Positions 49,855 to 57,162 of a DNA stretch of 64,000 nt are shown here, piece after piece. The DNA lies in assembly GCA_964106915.2 (NCBI GenBank), contig OZ066916.1; one strand, written 5' to 3'. The position numbers and the translations under genes are program-made. Every line of letters starts with the position of its first letter. Positions within the stretch are counted from its first letter, which is position 1. This DNA comes from Podarcis gaigeae (Eukaryota). The notes beneath the pieces are model-generated. The model searched no databases, was not told where the DNA came from, and saw only the letters and a program-made list of their open reading frames with translations.

Positions 49855-50927
49855 AATGTACCAGAACCTTTTGTCTTATGGTGCCAGCCTCATGGAAAAT
49901 GTGTAGTTTGGGGAATAACGAAAGTCTGGGGAAGCATAGATTTCACCAAGGATTAAGTACCAGTTGCATATGGGAAGCTAATTGGAATTAGGAAAAAAGC
50001 ATCAATCTCTGCCTGCCTCATCTAGTTAGGATAAAGAAGACTTAACATTCTATATACCACATCTCGAGTATTCAAACTGCTTCATGTACATTATCTAATT
50101 CAGGTGTGGACAGACCTCTGGCTTGTGGGATCTACTTTGGGGTTTGTTTGTTTGTTTGTTTGTTTGTTTGTTTGTTTGTTATTTGAAACCCCAAGATCCA
50201 CCAGCCAGAGCCAAGTGCAAAAGACATACACTTGAATATTTCTGGGCCCTTCTGATCACTCAGAGATCTACCTTTTTCTGACCCCTGAACTAAGTAATCT
50301 TTACAGTCAGCCTTGTAAGGTCACGCAATACTTCAGATGGTCATGGGCATATGAGGGAATAGACGATACCCCAAGGTGTCAGCGAGGTGATGCTTAATGG
50401 ATGTGGATATGATGAGGAATGCCTGGCTGGTGACTTGCATTTCTGGCCTCTTAGTAACATCAACTTTCAGCATGTGTCCAGGCCATTGGGAGGAGGTGAG
50501 CTTTACTGAGCTTTGCTGTTATGAGCCTTTTTCTCCGATAGCTTTTAGTCACCTGCTTCCATACAGTGCTGCCGCTGGTGGTTTTCATTATTGTTTTTTA
50601 AAAAATATGTTTCTTTTTCTTGGGTTTACTGTTTGCCTGATTGTTTCAGCCCTGAGACCAGGGCATGCTTATAAACGTTGCAAACAAATGGTTTTTTTAA
50701 TTTATTTTTACATGTAAGATAGCATTTGGAACTTGGAATATTTCATGTTCTTATAGTTGCTTTTTCATGGACTTTTCTACCCTAGACGAGGGAATCCTTT
50801 ACATCTGTGCAGAGAGCGATTTAAAAAGATCCAAAAACTCTGGCAGCAACACAGCATTACAGAGGAAATAGGACACGCACAAGAAGCAAATCAAACGTTA
50901 GTAGGAATCGACTGGCAACATTTATAA
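2883..50927 (+). CDS. UBR2: UBR2 E3 ubiquitin-protein ligase (N-recognin), multi-exon CDS, exons 2-47, 5'-partial
   Basis: 46 exon positions (exon 11 duplicated) splice in frame at GT-AG sites to 5184 nt ending ...GIDWQHL*. UBR box ([17 protein letters not shown]...CDCGDTEAW), ClpS-like domain ([12 protein letters not shown]), RING-H2 (CILC...CGHIMHAHC...CPLC) and C-terminal [20 protein letters not shown] are recognisable. The downstream neighbour is PRPH2, as in other amniotes. Confidence 0.97.
4445..4523 (+). CDS. UBR2: UBR2 exon 3 (UBR box)
   Basis: tcag|A GAT TGT...AGG|gttagt; [26 protein letters not shown]. Confidence 0.95.
6008..6160 (-). mobile_element. tRNA-Asn-derived SINE with CR1-type 3' tail
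   Basis: Minus strand: ggctgttaacc...ggttggtagttcaagcccacccagggtc (tRNA-Asn GTT-like), then ttggactagatgacc...ccttccaac and attctatg-type tail repeats. Confidence 0.7.
7028..7141 (+). CDS. UBR2: UBR2 exon 4 (UBR box)
   Basis: gtag|ATG...GAG|gtaagg; [27 protein letters not shown]. Confidence 0.95.
7442..7576. mobile_element. hAT-type palindromic MITE
   Basis: TIRs caagcataggcaaact/agtttgcctatgcctg; 8-bp TSD gactaggg (7434-7441, 7577-7584). Confidence 0.85.
7697..7827 (+). CDS. UBR2: UBR2 exon 5
   Basis: ttag|GATCCT...ACAGT|gtaagt; [18 protein letters not shown]. Confidence 0.93.
8720..8858 (+). CDS. UBR2: UBR2 exon 6 (ClpS-like N-domain)
   Basis: acag|T GAG...GAT|gtaagt; [26 protein letters not shown]. 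Confidence 0.95.
10368..10430 (+). CDS. UBR2: UBR2 exon 7
   Basis: acag|GGA...GTG|gtaagt; [21 protein letters not shown]. Confidence 0.93.
11620..11740 (+). CDS. UBR2: UBR2 exon 8
   Basis: taag|AGA...TCAG|gtactg; [23 protein letters not shown]. Confidence 0.92.
12333..12440 (+). CDS. UBR2: UBR2 exon 9
   Basis: ttag|ATGGC...AAAG|gtgggc; [35 protein letters not shown]. Confidence 0.93.
13030..13180 (+). mobile_element. Penelope-like element terminal fragment with hammerhead motif
   Basis: 14-bp TSD taaaaacaagataa (13016-13029, 13181-13194); near-identical to 62247-62366. Confidence 0.75.
13043..13078 (+). ncRNA. Minimal type I hammerhead ribozyme motif (PLE type)
   Basis: tat-CTGAAGA-a-gtgtg(catg)cacat-GAAA-gc-TT-ata. 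Confidence 0.6.
13641..13729 (+). CDS. UBR2: UBR2 exon 10
   Basis: acag|GAGCT...AGG|gtgagt; [29 protein letters not shown]. Confidence 0.93.
13788..14140 (-). mobile_element. L2-clade LINE 3' fragment
   Basis: ORF 13861-14157 RT C-terminus (...[15 protein letters not shown]...); (taa)n tail. Confidence 0.8.
14177..14312. mobile_element. hAT-type palindromic MITE
   Basis: Long TIRs caggcatggccaaacttggccctccagctgtttt; imperfect 8-bp TSD. Confidence 0.8.
15116..15214 (+). CDS. UBR2: UBR2 exon 11A (alternative, 99 nt)
   Basis: ttag|AAT...CTG|gtgagt; [33 protein letters not shown]. Confidence 0.9.
15284..15382 (+). CDS. UBR2: UBR2 exon 11B (alternative, 99 nt)
   Basis: atag|AAT...CTT|gtaagt; [33 protein letters not shown]. 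Confidence 0.9.
16567..16635 (-). mobile_element. Degenerate 5S rRNA-derived SINE/pseudogene fragment
   Basis: gtattctcaggtgatctcccacctagtaact...ctgctttcgct resembles the reverse complement of the 5S 3' half. Confidence 0.45.
16653..17173 (-). mobile_element. L2-clade LINE 3' fragment (second subfamily)
   Basis: ORF 16837-17157 [28 protein letters not shown]...[12 protein letters not shown]. Confidence 0.82.
17275..17438 (+). CDS. UBR2: UBR2 exon 12
   Basis: atag|GCT...TTAAA|gtgagt; [15 protein letters not shown]...[10 protein letters not shown]. Confidence 0.93.
17526..17625 (+). CDS. UBR2: UBR2 exon 13
   Basis: tcag|G TAC...CAG|gtaggt; [19 protein letters not shown]. Confidence 0.93.
17895..18023 (+). 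CDS. UBR2: UBR2 exon 14
   Basis: gaag|GGC...GAT|gtaagt; [23 protein letters not shown]. Confidence 0.94.
19548..19731 (+). CDS. UBR2: UBR2 exon 15
   Basis: atag|GAG...GCAG|gtaagg; [10 protein letters not shown]...[12 protein letters not shown]. Confidence 0.94.
19960..20105 (+). mobile_element. L2 second-subfamily 3' tail
   Basis: tagccgctctgagcccggcttcggctggggagggcg plus (tta)n; reverse complement of 16673-16723. Confidence 0.7.
20601..20807. mobile_element. Non-autonomous DNA transposon (agggttgcc/ggcaaccct TIRs)
   Basis: Terminal inverted repeats agggttgcc ... ggcaaccct. Confidence 0.55.
21045..21407 (-). mobile_element. Full-length Sauria SINE
   Basis: Head gggacgcaggtggcgctgtgggttaaagcc, (acctt/t)n tail, 12-bp TSD gacaaggggtta (21033-21044, 21408-21419). 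Confidence 0.92.
21722..21783 (+). CDS. UBR2: UBR2 exon 16
   Basis: atag|GTTTG...ATG|gtgagt; [20 protein letters not shown]. Confidence 0.92.
22636..22692 (+). mobile_element. CR1-type 3' tail fragment
   Basis: gtcccttccaactc...attctatgattcta. Confidence 0.6.
22892..23002 (+). CDS. UBR2: UBR2 exon 17
   Basis: gcag|AGT...CAA|gtaagt; [37 protein letters not shown]. Confidence 0.95.
23430..23657. mobile_element. hAT DNA transposon end fragment
   Basis: GC-rich gggccg repeats ending ...ttgccaacccctg. Confidence 0.5.
23890..23955 (+). CDS. UBR2: UBR2 exon 18
   Basis: gtag|ATA...CAG|gtaaca; [22 protein letters not shown]. Confidence 0.94.
24704..24826 (+). CDS. UBR2: UBR2 exon 19
   Basis: ttag|ACA...AAG|gtaagc; [25 protein letters not shown]. 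Confidence 0.93.
25310..25373 (+). CDS. UBR2: UBR2 exon 20
   Basis: tcag|GAT...GTTG|gtaagt; [21 protein letters not shown]. Confidence 0.93.
26347..26471 (+). CDS. UBR2: UBR2 exon 21
   Basis: gcag|GAGAG...GAT|gtgaga; [10 protein letters not shown]...[24 protein letters not shown]. Confidence 0.94.
27132..27184 (+). CDS. UBR2: UBR2 exon 22
   Basis: gcag|GAG...TTCAA|gtaatg; [17 protein letters not shown]. Confidence 0.92.
27812..27935. mobile_element. Old Penelope-like fragment with inverted degenerate hammerhead motifs
   Basis: ctgatgaagtggac (27858, +) and catctgatgacatgg (-), followed by ...taagatgctacaggactctttg. Confidence 0.5.
27965..28012 (+). repeat. (GGAA)n microsatellite
   Basis: Direct inspection. 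Confidence 0.95.
28270..28372 (+). CDS. UBR2: UBR2 exon 23
   Basis: ttag|G AAA...AAG|gtaaca; [34 protein letters not shown]; its 3' end is triplicated (see repeat). Confidence 0.93.
28349..28499 (+). repeat. 51-bp x3 tandem repeat spanning the exon 23 donor
   Basis: ttttcaagggcagarcaatccaaggtaacaatgaaatataaataaattgta at 28349, 28400, 28451. Confidence 0.97.
29332..29380 (+). CDS. UBR2: UBR2 exon 24
   Basis: taag|GCG...ACAG|gtacct; [16 protein letters not shown]. Confidence 0.92.
30059..30213 (+). CDS. UBR2: UBR2 exon 25
   Basis: tcag|CTCTC...AGG|gtgtgt; [25 protein letters not shown]. Confidence 0.93.
30327..30429 (+). CDS. UBR2: UBR2 exon 26
   Basis: ttag|GTT...TCAA|gtaggt; [15 protein letters not shown]. 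Confidence 0.92.
31170..31402. mobile_element. Tc1/mariner (Tigger-like) MITE
   Basis: ta|cagtggt...accactg|ta with TA TSD; internal ttcttaaacc repeats. Confidence 0.75.
31761..31883 (+). mobile_element. BovB (RTE) LINE 3' fragment
   Basis: ggtccatggggtcacgaagagtcggacacgact plus (caa)n tail; aatgtttg direct repeats flank it. Confidence 0.88.
32138..32247 (+). CDS. UBR2: UBR2 exon 27
   Basis: acag|GGCCT...AAG|gtaaat; [36 protein letters not shown]. Confidence 0.93.
32341..32421 (+). CDS. UBR2: UBR2 exon 28
   Basis: ccag|ACT...GAG|gtaaaa; [27 protein letters not shown]. Confidence 0.9.
33032..33213 (+). CDS. UBR2: UBR2 exon 29 (basic E2-binding region)
   Basis: gtag|AGC...AATAG|gtaaga; [32 protein letters not shown]. 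Confidence 0.94.
33704..33903 (+). CDS. UBR2: UBR2 exon 30 (RING start)
   Basis: branch-point-like tactaat, ctag|T CCT...CCTG|gtaagt; [12 protein letters not shown]...[10 protein letters not shown]. Confidence 0.94.
34407..34500 (+). CDS. UBR2: UBR2 exon 31 (RING)
   Basis: gcag|AAAAA...CAAAG|gtaact; [29 protein letters not shown]. Confidence 0.95.
35578..35739 (+). CDS. UBR2: UBR2 exon 32 (RING end)
   Basis: aaag|G TAT...AACAG|gtcagt; [22 protein letters not shown]. Confidence 0.95.
37224..37864 (-). mobile_element. Putative solo LTR with nested MITE
   Basis: TG...CA ends; minus-strand CCAAT (37805), TATA-like (37771) and AATAAA (37498) in U3-R-U5 order; no clear TSD. Confidence 0.45.
37302..37437. 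mobile_element. hAT-type palindromic MITE (young)
   Basis: Perfect TIR arms cagtgtttcccaaccttgtgcctccagatg; perfect 8-bp TSD cattactc. Confidence 0.9.
38161..38214 (+). repeat. (CT)n microsatellite
   Basis: Direct inspection. Confidence 0.95.
38336..38682 (-). mobile_element. CR1 LINE 3' fragment
   Basis: cacagaatcacagaat tail repeat, gttggaagggacc...tctagtccaaccc, ctccggagcaggagaaaacaagc. Confidence 0.8.
39003..39100 (+). CDS. UBR2: UBR2 exon 33
   Basis: acag|G TTA...GCTA|gtaagt; [23 protein letters not shown]. Confidence 0.9.
39337..39415 (+). CDS. UBR2: UBR2 exon 34
   Basis: tcag|ATAAA...CCAAA|gtatgt; [18 protein letters not shown]. Confidence 0.9.
40365..40513 (+). CDS. UBR2: UBR2 exon 35
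   Basis: taag|G AAT...ATAG|gtaaca; [11 protein letters not shown]...[13 protein letters not shown]. Confidence 0.94.
40616..40671 (+). CDS. UBR2: UBR2 exon 36
   Basis: acag|AACGG...CAG|gtacga; [18 protein letters not shown]. Confidence 0.92.
40962..41058 (+). CDS. UBR2: UBR2 exon 37
   Basis: ccag|GAT...TCAT|gtaagt; [15 protein letters not shown]. Confidence 0.92.
42152..42219 (+). CDS. UBR2: UBR2 exon 38
   Basis: ccag|CGCTG...TTG|gtaagt; [22 protein letters not shown]. Confidence 0.92.
42592..42727 (+). CDS. UBR2: UBR2 exon 39
   Basis: acag|GTG...ACAG|gtaatg; [10 protein letters not shown]...[20 protein letters not shown]. Confidence 0.93.
43022..43109 (+). CDS. UBR2: UBR2 exon 40
   Basis: tcag|AAGAA...GGAAG|gtaaaa; [21 protein letters not shown]. 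Confidence 0.91.
43275..43325 (+). repeat. 17-bp x3 tandem repeat ctttcaggtgttctggt
   Basis: Three exact copies. Confidence 0.95.
43341..43410 (-). pseudogene. tRNA-Lys(CTT)-derived pseudogene/SINE head
   Basis: Minus strand gccctgagctcatttggtagaacatgagactcttaatctctgggttgtgggtttgagccccacattgggt; anticodon CTT, mutated A/B boxes. Confidence 0.8.
43929..44059 (+). CDS. UBR2: UBR2 exon 41
   Basis: ttag|T GCC...CAAG|gtataa; [29 protein letters not shown]. Confidence 0.93.
44530..44990 (+). mobile_element. Penelope-like element remnant (GIY-YIG endonuclease end plus terminal repeat)
   Basis: [31 protein letters not shown] matches the PLE GIY-YIG pattern; degenerate hammerhead-like ...ccatGAAAgcttat at 44863-44900. 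Confidence 0.72.
45092..45200 (+). CDS. UBR2: UBR2 exon 42
   Basis: gcag|TCAGT...GAAAG|gtagga; [21 protein letters not shown]. Confidence 0.93.
45840..45896 (+). CDS. UBR2: UBR2 exon 43
   Basis: acag|C TGG...ATAAG|gtaagt; [18 protein letters not shown]. Confidence 0.92.
46808..46885 (+). CDS. UBR2: UBR2 exon 44
   Basis: ttag|C TAC...TTTTC|gtaagt; [25 protein letters not shown]. Confidence 0.94.
47599..47769 (+). CDS. UBR2: UBR2 exon 45
   Basis: aaag|G TGT...CTCAG|gtaaga; [30 protein letters not shown]. Confidence 0.95.
47878..49028 (-). mobile_element. L2-clade LINE fragment with a second L2 subfamily copy nested at about 48319-48789
   Basis: RT motifs [20 protein letters not shown]...AARLV and RAF...LWN; two AT-rich tails. 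Confidence 0.8.
49213..49314 (+). CDS. UBR2: UBR2 exon 46
   Basis: tcag|A GTC...CTCAG|gtagct; [33 protein letters not shown]. Confidence 0.95.
49805..49853 (+). repeat. (TTC)n microsatellite
   Basis: Direct inspection. Confidence 0.95.
50786..50927 (+). CDS. UBR2: UBR2 exon 47 coding part (stop TAA 50925-50927)
   Basis: ctag|A CGA GGG AAT; [22 protein letters not shown]...GIDWQHL*. Confidence 0.95.
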
Positions 50928-53040
50928 CTAATTCCTTTCTGAAGACTGGAACTTCATGGTCATCCTTTTATAATCCAGCAAAATTTGTCAGCCGGAAGGA
51001 GGATTAGGAAACAAAGGATTGAAGTAATAAAGAGAAGAGTCTAGTTCTTTTATTGACTTTTCCATGTTTGTATATTTCCTGGTTTCCATAACCATGTAAA
51101 CTTTTCTGTTTAGCAGATTTGATCAATAGTATTATTTGCACTGCTTCTTTCATACACAACCTTTTGATTTCTATAACTTGGGCTACTGAATTTAACATTT
51201 CTATTGCAAAAGTAGCCATCTCCTTGGAGTATGAAACTTTTTGGATAAGAGGAGGAAAAACTCTGCTGAAATGGCAACTTAGCACAATGTTGAAGTGGTG
51301 TGTTCACCCTTTTGTAGTAAATCTGAGCCATTTTGCATTTTAGTACTTAAAACTTGTAATGGAATGAAATAGGGGTGCAAAAAATGTAGCAATGGGTTTA
51401 TCTATAGGAGTGCAGAAGAACACTCATTGTATCTAAAATGACTTCGTAATCTGAAGCCTTGAAGGGCTATTTTGCCTTTGTCTTTCTTCTTCTTAAAAGA
51501 GAACACTTTAATAAGGAAAACTAACTTATTGTATGGATTGTGATATTGACATAGTGGGCAAAAACAGAACGCTGTTGTCCATGCTGTGATTGATAACCTC
51601 CTATGTTTAGAAGGTTGATGTTCTACTTAGTTGATTTGAGATATTGAGTAACATCACCCATCAGAGAAGTCATGCGAAAATGAATTTGGTGTCAGATTGA
51701 ATAGGAAGAGAATAAGAATTTTATTTCATTTCATTTACATTTGTTGATTACCAGCCTTCAAGGTTCAGGATCCTTTCCCCTTTTTAAAGTTCCAAGATAA
51801 AAACATAGAAGGCAAAGTGAGAACCAAGGACAACCCCGCCTCCCACCACATGAATTTCCTTTAATTTGCACCGCCATCTGCATCTATTTGTACGTGGCTG
51901 GTGTTCTGTAAAGAAGTTTGTCTATAGTATATTTTGTAAGTATATTGAAATAACTGCACAGATTTTGCACATGGGTGCCTGAAGGCAGTGAATTTTCTAA
52001 ATATACATTGGGGCCTCAAATAAAACAATATAAAATAACATTATACTTTCTCTAGAGGTTTCATTCTCTCTGTCCCTTCCAAATAGCATCCTTTTAAAAT
52101 AAATAGCTATAATCTGTAATCTTAGTTAGTTCTGATAACTCTTGGGATTTTTCCTAGCTTTCATCTTCAGTTCAGAGGTGGCATCCCACGAACAGCCAGT
52201 ATACTAGCAATTAGTCTACGTTTGGGTTTTTTTCAGTGATCTAACGCATCAAGTAGTGTTTACAGCAGTCTTCTATAGGCTCAGAATAGTGAATACATAG
52301 GACACAAATTCAAAGCTATACCAGTTAGGCTTCCTTTTCTTAGGGAGAATAACTTTTGACAGGACAGGCGTCCATCTGATCAGTCTTCCTACACGTGTTT
52401 ACTAGTAGTTCCTGAGCCTCTCCTTCTTTGCTGAGTGTTGTGTAACTAGCAAGAAAATATTCAGTCTTCATTTTCCCTTTGATTAGGTTGTGAATAAAGC
52501 TATTTGCTGTGCATGTTACAGTTAATGTACTAGTTCTGCTCTGATACTGTTTCTTTGGGATTTTAAAAAAACAAACTTGCTTTAAGAGGCATTTTGTAAC
52601 AATGCATTTAGATTCTCAGTCTCCCCTGCTCCCCTTTTATGGGTGCATAAAACAGAAAAATAGGATCTGCTGCCATTTAACTGACAAGTTTCTATGTAAA
52701 GTAAATATTGAGAGAATAAGGTCTTTTCCCCTCAGGTACTCTAGTCCAAGATGGCAGTCAAATGGGTTGATGGAATTATGACTATATGACATAGGAAAAG
52801 TGTATAAATTTATCCTGTTTTTTTGTAGGATTGCTCATTTTTCAACAACCCATTTTCTTCTCTGACCTTTTTCCTTTTGCATGTATTTATGTTCATTGTA
52901 GAAATGTTTATATAACAAGCTTTCAGTATCAGGGAATTAATACCTGTAATAACTTTCATATCTGTGGACAACTTGTAAAAATTCAAATGTATCATATGTA
53001 TAAAAAGTATAAAAATAAATGCTTTAGGTGTTGACATTCG
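50928..53040 (+). other. UBR2: UBR2 3' UTR (approximate end)
   Basis: Repeat-free AT-rich sequence after the stop. AATAAA at 52019, 52493 and 53014; the last has upstream TGTA motifs and a downstream GT/T-rich tract. Confidence 0.6.
53014..53019 (+). terminator. Probable distal UBR2 polyadenylation signal
   Basis: AATAAA with upstream TGTA elements and downstream tgtgt/ttttt. Confidence 0.55.
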
Positions 53041-53760
53041 ATTGATGTGTAAACCTGTTGATTTATTTATTTTTTAAGGTGTGCCGAATGTTTTGAGTTA
53101 CTAGCTTTTGTGTTTTAAGATTAATAGCCTGGATCAACAACATCTCTTTCTGCATTCAAACATCTGAATTCAAGCATCTTGTCACCATTTTAGTAAATTA
53201 GTATTACACAGCAAAGCACAGAAGAAAGCCTCTGCACAATGCAGGACTACTTCTCAGGAGAAGTGAAGACACCTTTCCCAAGATCATTAAAGGGTCTGGA
53301 AACCAAGCCTTATGAGGAATGCTTGAAGGAGCTGGGTTGTTTAGCAAGCAGTGTTAAAAATGAGTCATGACTTAGTTCCCAGTTCAACGGGGCAAGTGCA
53401 CCTGAGTGGTGACTTAACCCATTGTTTTAAGTACATCTTGCTTATCACACTGGGAAGGGGGTGGGGTTAGGAAAAGAAGCAAAAACAAAACAAAACCCCA
53501 CAAGGTACGAAAATGAGAATTTTATCCAAAGTCCTTCATGCTGGCAATTCAGATGTATAGAAGTTTATTATTATTATTTTGGATCATGTCCTTAAAACAG
53601 GACTTGTTTCAACAAAACATTGAACTTCTGTGTATCTACTTCTGTATAACTGAATTTCCCTGATGGAAGACTGCAATTTTCCACAAAAATAAATCATTCT
53701 CTTTTTCCTACACCTTGCTCTTCACTCCTTTCTCCTCCCATCTTACCACACACAATTATT

Positions 53761-53766
53761 TTTATT
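53761..53766 (-). terminator. Candidate PRPH2 polyadenylation signal
   Basis: Minus-strand AATAAA followed by tgtgtgtggt. Confidence 0.35.
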
Positions 53767-56700
53767 CTTGAAAATGCAAACTCTAAAACCAACAAATAAC
53801 AGTACGATCAAAACTGGAAGGGTAACCTTGAGTCTGGACTTGAAAATAGATCTCTGCATCACCTACCCTGTCGCCTTACTGGAAACAAACTTATCCAGGC
53901 ATTTATCTCTCAGTGGGGAGCTGTTAGCATGTGACATTGTTCTATTTCTCTGGCCTTATCTCTTAATTAACCTCTAATGCTCTTCTTTTTAAAGAGCATT
54001 TTAAAAATACCACATCACCTCTAAATTTATTAGCTGAGGTCGGCGTTAGCTTTAGCATAAGCAAAGTTAACAATAATATTTTTTCCCTTTCTCTGAAATG
54101 CTTAAAAAAAAAATCTACTCGCATCATTGTAAACTCTGCCAGTTACCAGTTCAGCAGAGGTTATCCTTTGCCTGAGGAGCCTGATATAGCCGTCTCCTGC
54201 TCCTGCTAAGCGGCACATGCTCACAGAAGCCATCACTGTCCAGCATTATGTGTGCAGGATAGAGGAGTGCATGGTGGTTAATCTTATAAAATGTATTAAG
54301 GTTACTTAGAAACGATTAGCTCTGAAGCAGCTGTGTGTATACTTTCCTCCCTCTTAGGATGTTTCGCCAAGTGTTCTGTGTCTTGGAGGAAGGGGGGAAT
54401 TTTAAAGTAACACTCGCATTTCTAAATTTGAGCAGAAAAGATGGGCTGTTGTAACTTCCTTGTAAATTCAGTTGGGTGTATTAGGCATTTATAGAACGCG
54501 GAAAGTAACTGCACACCAGCCCAGCAGCCCTGTGTTGTTCCCAAGGTGGCTACATGAGAGCCACATGTCTGAATGAACATTTTTGTCTCTGGATTTTGGA
54601 TATTTTTCACTTGATCTCAAATGAGCCAGCAACCTTGAGACCATTCTGAGATCATCCAAATCATCTAGACAGAGGGTACCAAATTGGTGAAGGCCGATCA
54701 TAAATTTGCCAATCCTCCCCCAGCCCCAGTTGCCGTTCTGTCAAGTGTGCATTTGTGGGGGAGCATGTTTTGTCACTACTTAATATGTCAAATGTTCCTT
54801 TGAGTCTTAAGCTGAAAAAAAACCAGAGCAAATGTTACCTTTCTAGAGCGCTGGACAGTGAATTACAAATCCTTACAGCAAAAAACTATTTACAAAGAAA
54901 CAAATTCCACATAATACTTTAAAATATATATAAGGTACACACTCTTAAAATATAGATAATTTTAATATCTACATTCACATTTGCAAAAATAGCACCTACA
55001 AACATATGTTAAATGGCATTTACACAGAACCTCTTTCTTGATAGGATAAATATATATTACAAATTAATACAAAACAGCCATGTCAAAAGACCCACATGAA
55101 CTGGAATATCTTATCTTGCATGATAGTGCATTTTTTGTTTCATTTCTCAACCACCAATTCCTTCCTTCCTTCTTAATGAGTAACCTTCACCACTAGGTTG
55201 TATTGCTGCCAAAGGGGTGTGATAGCCAAGTCAGTTGGGTGTCAGTTCCAATTTTTTTGCTTGTTCTAAAGGAATCTGCTCAACCTAGTGGCGGAGATTA
55301 TCCACCTTCAGCAAAAGAAGAAAAAGTATTCATTCAGAAGAACGGATCCCTCCCATTTCTGTAAAAACAACAAAAAAGTCTATGTCTCCTGTGTCCTTAC
55401 TAGGAATGGGTGAATCTTTCAGTGTTGGTTTCTCCCAGTATCTTATTATCACAGTCTCTTATTATTCCAATCTTAAGTTTCGTTTTCCACATTTCCACAT
55501 CTGTTCGAAAATCCTTTCTTTAAAAAAAATCCTCATGAATATTCACACACAATTTAAGTCCAAATTTTGTGTGCAATTTTGATGAATATATACATTCTTG
55601 CAGTGCATTTTTTGTAACATGCATTTTTGTAAGTTATTTTCACGAATACTGTATGTCTATTTTCATGCACAATTCCCCCTAAAACATGCATTTTTGAACA
55701 CACTTCTTGGCTGGAGAACTTCACTGTAAAATTCATATAAGTACAAATTTTATAAAATGGTTGTGTTTCTGTTTGTGTATTGTTTCAGAAAGTATGAATT
55801 AAGTAGGTTCACTTTTAAATGTGACTTCAAATGAAATCGTTCCCCATCGCTAGTCCTGAAACAAAAACTGATTCTATAACCTAATATAATACAATATAAT
55901 GAGGTAACTCTTGAGATTAGCTGTGAAATGTGGTGATTTTGTAAGTGAACCCATATATTCTGATATCACAGTAAATAGTGTGTTAAATAAAAACCCCCAC
56001 ACAAATTAGAGGGATATAACCCAACTCTGTACGAAGTGATGGTTCAGTCAAATACTTCTAGGGTTGCAGTAAGCTTAGGTGCAATACAATATACTCTTTG
56101 GAACTTTTCATGACTACTACTCATATGTCAGATACAGAGCATAGCACACTAAAATCTCCCCGGAGAGCATTTTGAAATTTTCTTAATTAAACTCCTTTCC
56201 AGCTGCCTGTTCTTTGAAAAATGTCTCATGTTGACCTAACTAGCACCATTATAGATCTATATACAACAGATTTTGTATATTTAGCTTTAGTTACTGTATT
56301 CCCTAATCTTCAATTGTTTTGTTGCTTCCTGGTTCTGCCATTCATATATATTTCACTGTTTCAAAAACTGAAGTGCATAATTCTTTTAAGAGGTTCGTAC
56401 TAAGGTTCATGATAGTGTTCTAAACATTTGTCTGCAAATATCAAGAATGAATTTGGAAACTGGGAATATGCTGAATTTAACTAACTTCATTTGGAAAAAG
56501 AGTAAAAACTGTACATGCGACCTCGTGTGCGCATACTACTAAAACCACACGCACGCACGCACACACACGCGTGCCAATTTGCCTAGAATTTCATGAAGGT
56601 TACCATTGAACCCTTCCTTTTGTCCTCTTCTGGAACCTAAGCAGTCAGCAAACCCTTAATCATTGCCAAGTTCTTCTTCTTCTTCTTAATAATAATAATA

Positions 56701-57093
56701 ATACCTTTATTGTCATTGTACAACCTGTGTACAATGAAATTAAATGAGCCCCCCTCCCCACAACACTCAATCTCTTATCAAACAACACGCCACCTCACAA
56801 GTCAATTTTGCTATGTTATTTTTCATTCTTCTTTTTGATACCTGCTGCTAAAAACCATGGCTGTATTCCCATCATGACTTAAGGATACTACTGTAACCTA
56901 CTCTTTGTTGACATTCCCCACTTACTGTATCTCTCCCGTATGATTCCTTTACATTGGTGCTCCTTTCTCTGTGATTACATCACTCCTGTGCTTCAGTTTC
57001 TATGCTGGCCTTCCTTTTCACTTCATAACAGCTTCAGTCTCAAGGTCCTTATTTCAGAGGTCTCCCCCTTCTGCGGCTTGTGGCCATAGGTCA

Positions 57094-57162
57094 TCTTCTC
57101 TTATGGCCCCTTGCACTCTCTCTTGTCTTCTTCTCTTATGGCCCCTTGCACTCTCTCTTGTC
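57094..57162 (+). repeat. 35-bp tandem duplication
   Basis: tcttctcttatggccccttgcactctctcttgtc twice. Confidence 0.9.

Noticed and set aside
54812-54838. Minus-strand donor (AAG|gtaaca) and acceptor (ttttttcag) pair
   Set aside because: Only about 27 nt apart, too short for an intron. It also shows that splice-like motifs arise by chance here.
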